NCBI GenBank assembly: GCA_038087875.1
Contig: CM075977.1
Span: forward strand, 300,018,001 to 300,082,000
Length of the DNA stretch: 64,000 nt
Source of the DNA: Malacoraja senta
Lineage: Eukaryota
Direction of reading: 5' to 3'
A model generated the notes under the pieces. That model was given only the letters and a program-made list of their open reading frames with translations. It did not search any database and was not told the origin of the DNA. The position numbers were made by a program, and so were the translations under genes. Below are positions 61,125 to 64,000 of the stretch, in pieces (the first letter of the stretch is position 1; every line of letters starts with the position of its first letter).

Positions 61125-62533
61125 CTAGACTAAGTGGGACCCGTTAGTCTGTTCCCCCAACGCAACCCGTTCCCCCAACACAATATTCCACCACGCTCGC
61201 CTATCCCCCTCCCATCAAATCCACCGCTCCCTGTCCCCCTCTCCCCCCCCCCTCTACCCCACCTTGTCCATCACCCCAGACCCCTTCTATCCACCTTCCT
61301 GCACTCCACCACCTCTCTACCCCACCCCCTCCCTCTCCCTCCCTCTCTCACCCCCTCCCGCATCCCACTCTCCCCTCTCCCTCCCTCCCTCCCTCATCTC
61401 TCTCTCTCCCCTCCCTCCCTCATCCCTCTCTCCCCCCTCCCTCCGTCTTCTCTCCCACCCTGTACTGTAGGCTGTGCTGTGGCGCTCCTTCTCTCCGTGT
61501 AACACTGCGTTAGGGCCACTCCCGGTGTCCGTGCCCACGGGCAGGAGCCGCTGGAGCGCTGCCCGTGCTGGGGCCCGTGGTGTCCCTCACCAGCGGGTAG
61601 ACAGCGGGGCTCGGCACTGCCCCCCGCTCCCCCCATCTCCCTCTACCACCCCATCTCCCTGATCCCCATTTCCCTCATCCTTCTCCCCTCACTCCCATTC
61701 CCTGCCCCAGCACCTACCCAGGTCGTAGAGCAGCGCTAGGGCCTGGAACACAGCCTGGTTCTCGTACTCGGCCCGGCCCTGACTGTAGGTGGCTGAAGCA
61801 CTCGCGGACGTGGGCCTCGACGGAGCCGGGCTCGCTGTGCCGGGGTCGGGGTGAGGGTGGCGAGCAGCCGAGCCAGAGCTGCCCGCAGAGCAGGAAGCGG
61901 AGGCTGTACTGCAGGATGGCGGCGGTCGGGCGCCCCCCGAGGCGCTGGGACACCTTGACCCAGGCCCCGGGTTTGGACACGACTCCAGCCCTCAGCTTGG
62001 CCACCGCCTCAGCTCCAGTCCAGGCCCCGACTTCATCTCCGGGCTCGTCCCTGACCCCGGACCCAGGATCATCCAGGCCCAGTCCCTGGGCTCGGCCTGC
62101 GGCACCACCCTCCCCACCAGGTACTACGCGGCGGCGGTGGCGGCACTCCTTCATGGCAACATCCAGCCGATTGACAGCGGATGTAGCCAATCAATGCGGC
62201 GATGGTGCCAGGAAGAGCATCGCCGTCCCTGACAGGAGAAGAGACCAATCTGCGTGGCGGCGACTGACAGCAATCTGCGCATGCGCGTTTTCTACGATTT
62301 TTAAACCTTAATAACTTTTACAATATACCATCGATCGGAACGAAACGTGTTGTATTCACAGCACAGGAGAACGGTGAGTAAGCTTGCGAAAAATAGTAGT
62401 GCTGTCGCGTACCGTTTTTGCGCAAATAGAAAAACCACACAAACCGGAAGAGCACAAGATCAGAGTTTTAGTGATGGATGGATGAAAATAGATTGATGAA
62501 GATAGATGGATGAAGATAGATAGATATAGATAG
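61125..62533 (-). mobile_element. Non-autonomous Helitron, copy 2, carrying GC-rich cargo
   Basis: The minus-strand 3' end is ..AACGGGTCCCACTTAGTCTAG|T. Its 5' region 62230-62472 is homologous to 1012-1222, and a (GATA/GATG)n microsatellite runs into the assembly gap. Confidence 0.75.
61718..62060 (-). pseudogene. Putative captured host exon fragment, gene unidentified
   Basis: GC3-rich reading PGAWVKVSQRLGGRPTAAILQYSLRFLLCGQLWLG..EPGSVEAHVRECFS, then after a 1-nt frameshift TYSQGRAEYENQAVFQALALLYDL(G), ending at a G|GTAGGT donor (61712-61717). Confidence 0.55.
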
Positions 62534-62706
62534 NNNNNNNNNNNNNNNNNNNNNNNNNNNNNNNNNNNNNNNNNNNNNNNNNNNNNNNNNNNNNNNNNNN
62601 NNNNNNNNNNNNNNNNNNNNNNNNNNNNNNNNNNNNNNNNNNNNNNNNNNNNNNNNNNNNNNNNNNNNNNNNNNNNNNNNNNNNNNNNNNNNNNNNNNNN
62701 NNNNNN
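62534..62706. other. Assembly gap (173 N)
   Basis: Run of N next to a (GATA)n microsatellite. Confidence 1.
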
Positions 62707-64000
62707 TATTGCAAATGTGAACCTGAGGCTGTTTGTTTAAGAAAGAACTGCTGGAAAAATCGAAGCAAGACAAAAAATGCTGGAGAAACTCAGCGGGTGA
62801 GGCAGCATCTATGGAGAGAAGGAATAGGCGACGTTTCGGGTCGAGACCCTTCTTCATAAATGTTTTATCATTTCAGATCCATGCTATGTTTATTTAATCC
62901 TAAATCCCGATCTACTCTGTTTTTGCAATGCATTGATGATCTATATTGAAAGGTTTTAACCAAAGAAATAGGTTTTTCATTGGTATTTCATGGAAAGGAA
63001 TACTGTGCATTGAAAATTTCAACATGTACATTAGAATTTGTGTAGGAAAGAAAGTTTGATGGCTTGGATTTTCCTATTGATGAGTGAAACTTCAAAGGAA
63101 GTTGCCCTAAATGATCCCTGTGGCACAGTATGACATATGGGATCTCAAGGAACCAGCAACACTGATATAATCGGATAGGCTGAGCAGATAATCAGATTGA
63201 GGAATTCTAATAGATAGCAAGCTATGTGATGTTCCCTTGTGATGAGAATTTGCTTCAGAATCTAAGATGTGTCTCTTCACAGTTAAGCCGTGACTGGGTA
63301 TGTGGAGGGTGATGTAATTGTTGGTAGATGACATTTTCTGAAGCATGATATGATGCTAGGTGGCAGTGATGCACGTGTTTCTGCAGTGCAACAGAAGGAA
63401 AGAAAATAATTAGATAATTTAATGCATGACGAATATCACTTTAAAACATTTGGAAGGAGTGTTTCTTCATCTATTAATACGTGAAGAACATTAGAATGAT
63501 TTTTTACAAACAGTAGAGAGTGTTGAACCTTCCACCAAGTTTATGCTCTTAAGAGAAGCCTACTATTACGTTAATCATTGATATAATCAACAATTTATTA
63601 ATGGACCATAATTTGAGGACCGTAATAAATTTATATGGCTATTCCCTTCTGTGGGCAGAATGGAAATTGGAGAACCAGGAATGGTGCGGCTGGTTTTAGG
63701 GTCTGGTGTACCTGCCAGATTTGTATTTATTTTTATTTTCATCTCATCAGCAACAAATGTCAGTTAGGCGTGTGTCTATAATATTGAACCGAACAGAAGC
63801 TTGTGCATTCAGTATGTACTCCAGCACTGTAGAATTCTGCACTCTCAAATCAAGATGGTATTGCTGGTTTGCTGTGATGCAATAGAAAAAAGTAATCAGA
63901 CAATTACATTCCTGGTAAATCTCTTCAGAAATAAGTGAAGAGGTATTTGTTCATCTATTACTAACCTGGAATCTGTATCCGTGAATTCATCTAAATATCG

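Noticed and set aside
62460-62857. ORFs spanning the N run
   Set aside because: Artefacts of translating through the assembly gap.
37988-64000. CWC27 terminal exon (MSHVLQF..DPRNP) or ADAMTS6 3' exons
   Set aside because: Not found by eye or in the ORF track; presumably beyond the window, though a short exon could have been missed.

Overview
This is vertebrate intronic DNA. The repeat content (CR1/HER1-like LINEs, HE1/V-SINE-like SINEs, Penelope terminal repeats) points to a cartilaginous fish, probably a skate or ray; that assignment is inferred. The only host coding sequence I can support is two internal, near C-terminal + strand exons of CWC27 (26749-26858 and 37884-37987). The neighbouring exons, including the terminal MSHVLQF-type exon, were not found in the window. 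Much of the rest is a dense, nested transposon landscape: many CR1 and Rex1/Babar fragments, three decayed Tc1 elements, two minus-strand Helitrons, two Harbinger MITEs, a long-TIR Mutator-like element with a 9-bp TSD, and several CAGG-ended hAT-like elements with 5-, 7- and 8-bp TSDs. About 20 Penelope terminal repeats carry minimal hammerhead-ribozyme motifs. Most notable: (i) a Helitron carrying an apparent captured host exon with its splice donor; (ii) two inverted ~2.2-2.4 kb copies of a composite element that bracket both CWC27 exons, plus an inverted Tc1 pair bracketing only the first exon, which is candidate back-splicing/dsRNA architecture; (iii) several unrelated non-autonomous DNA transposons carrying CpG-rich cargo, donor sites and internal palindromes. 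All calls were made by eye, without database searches.
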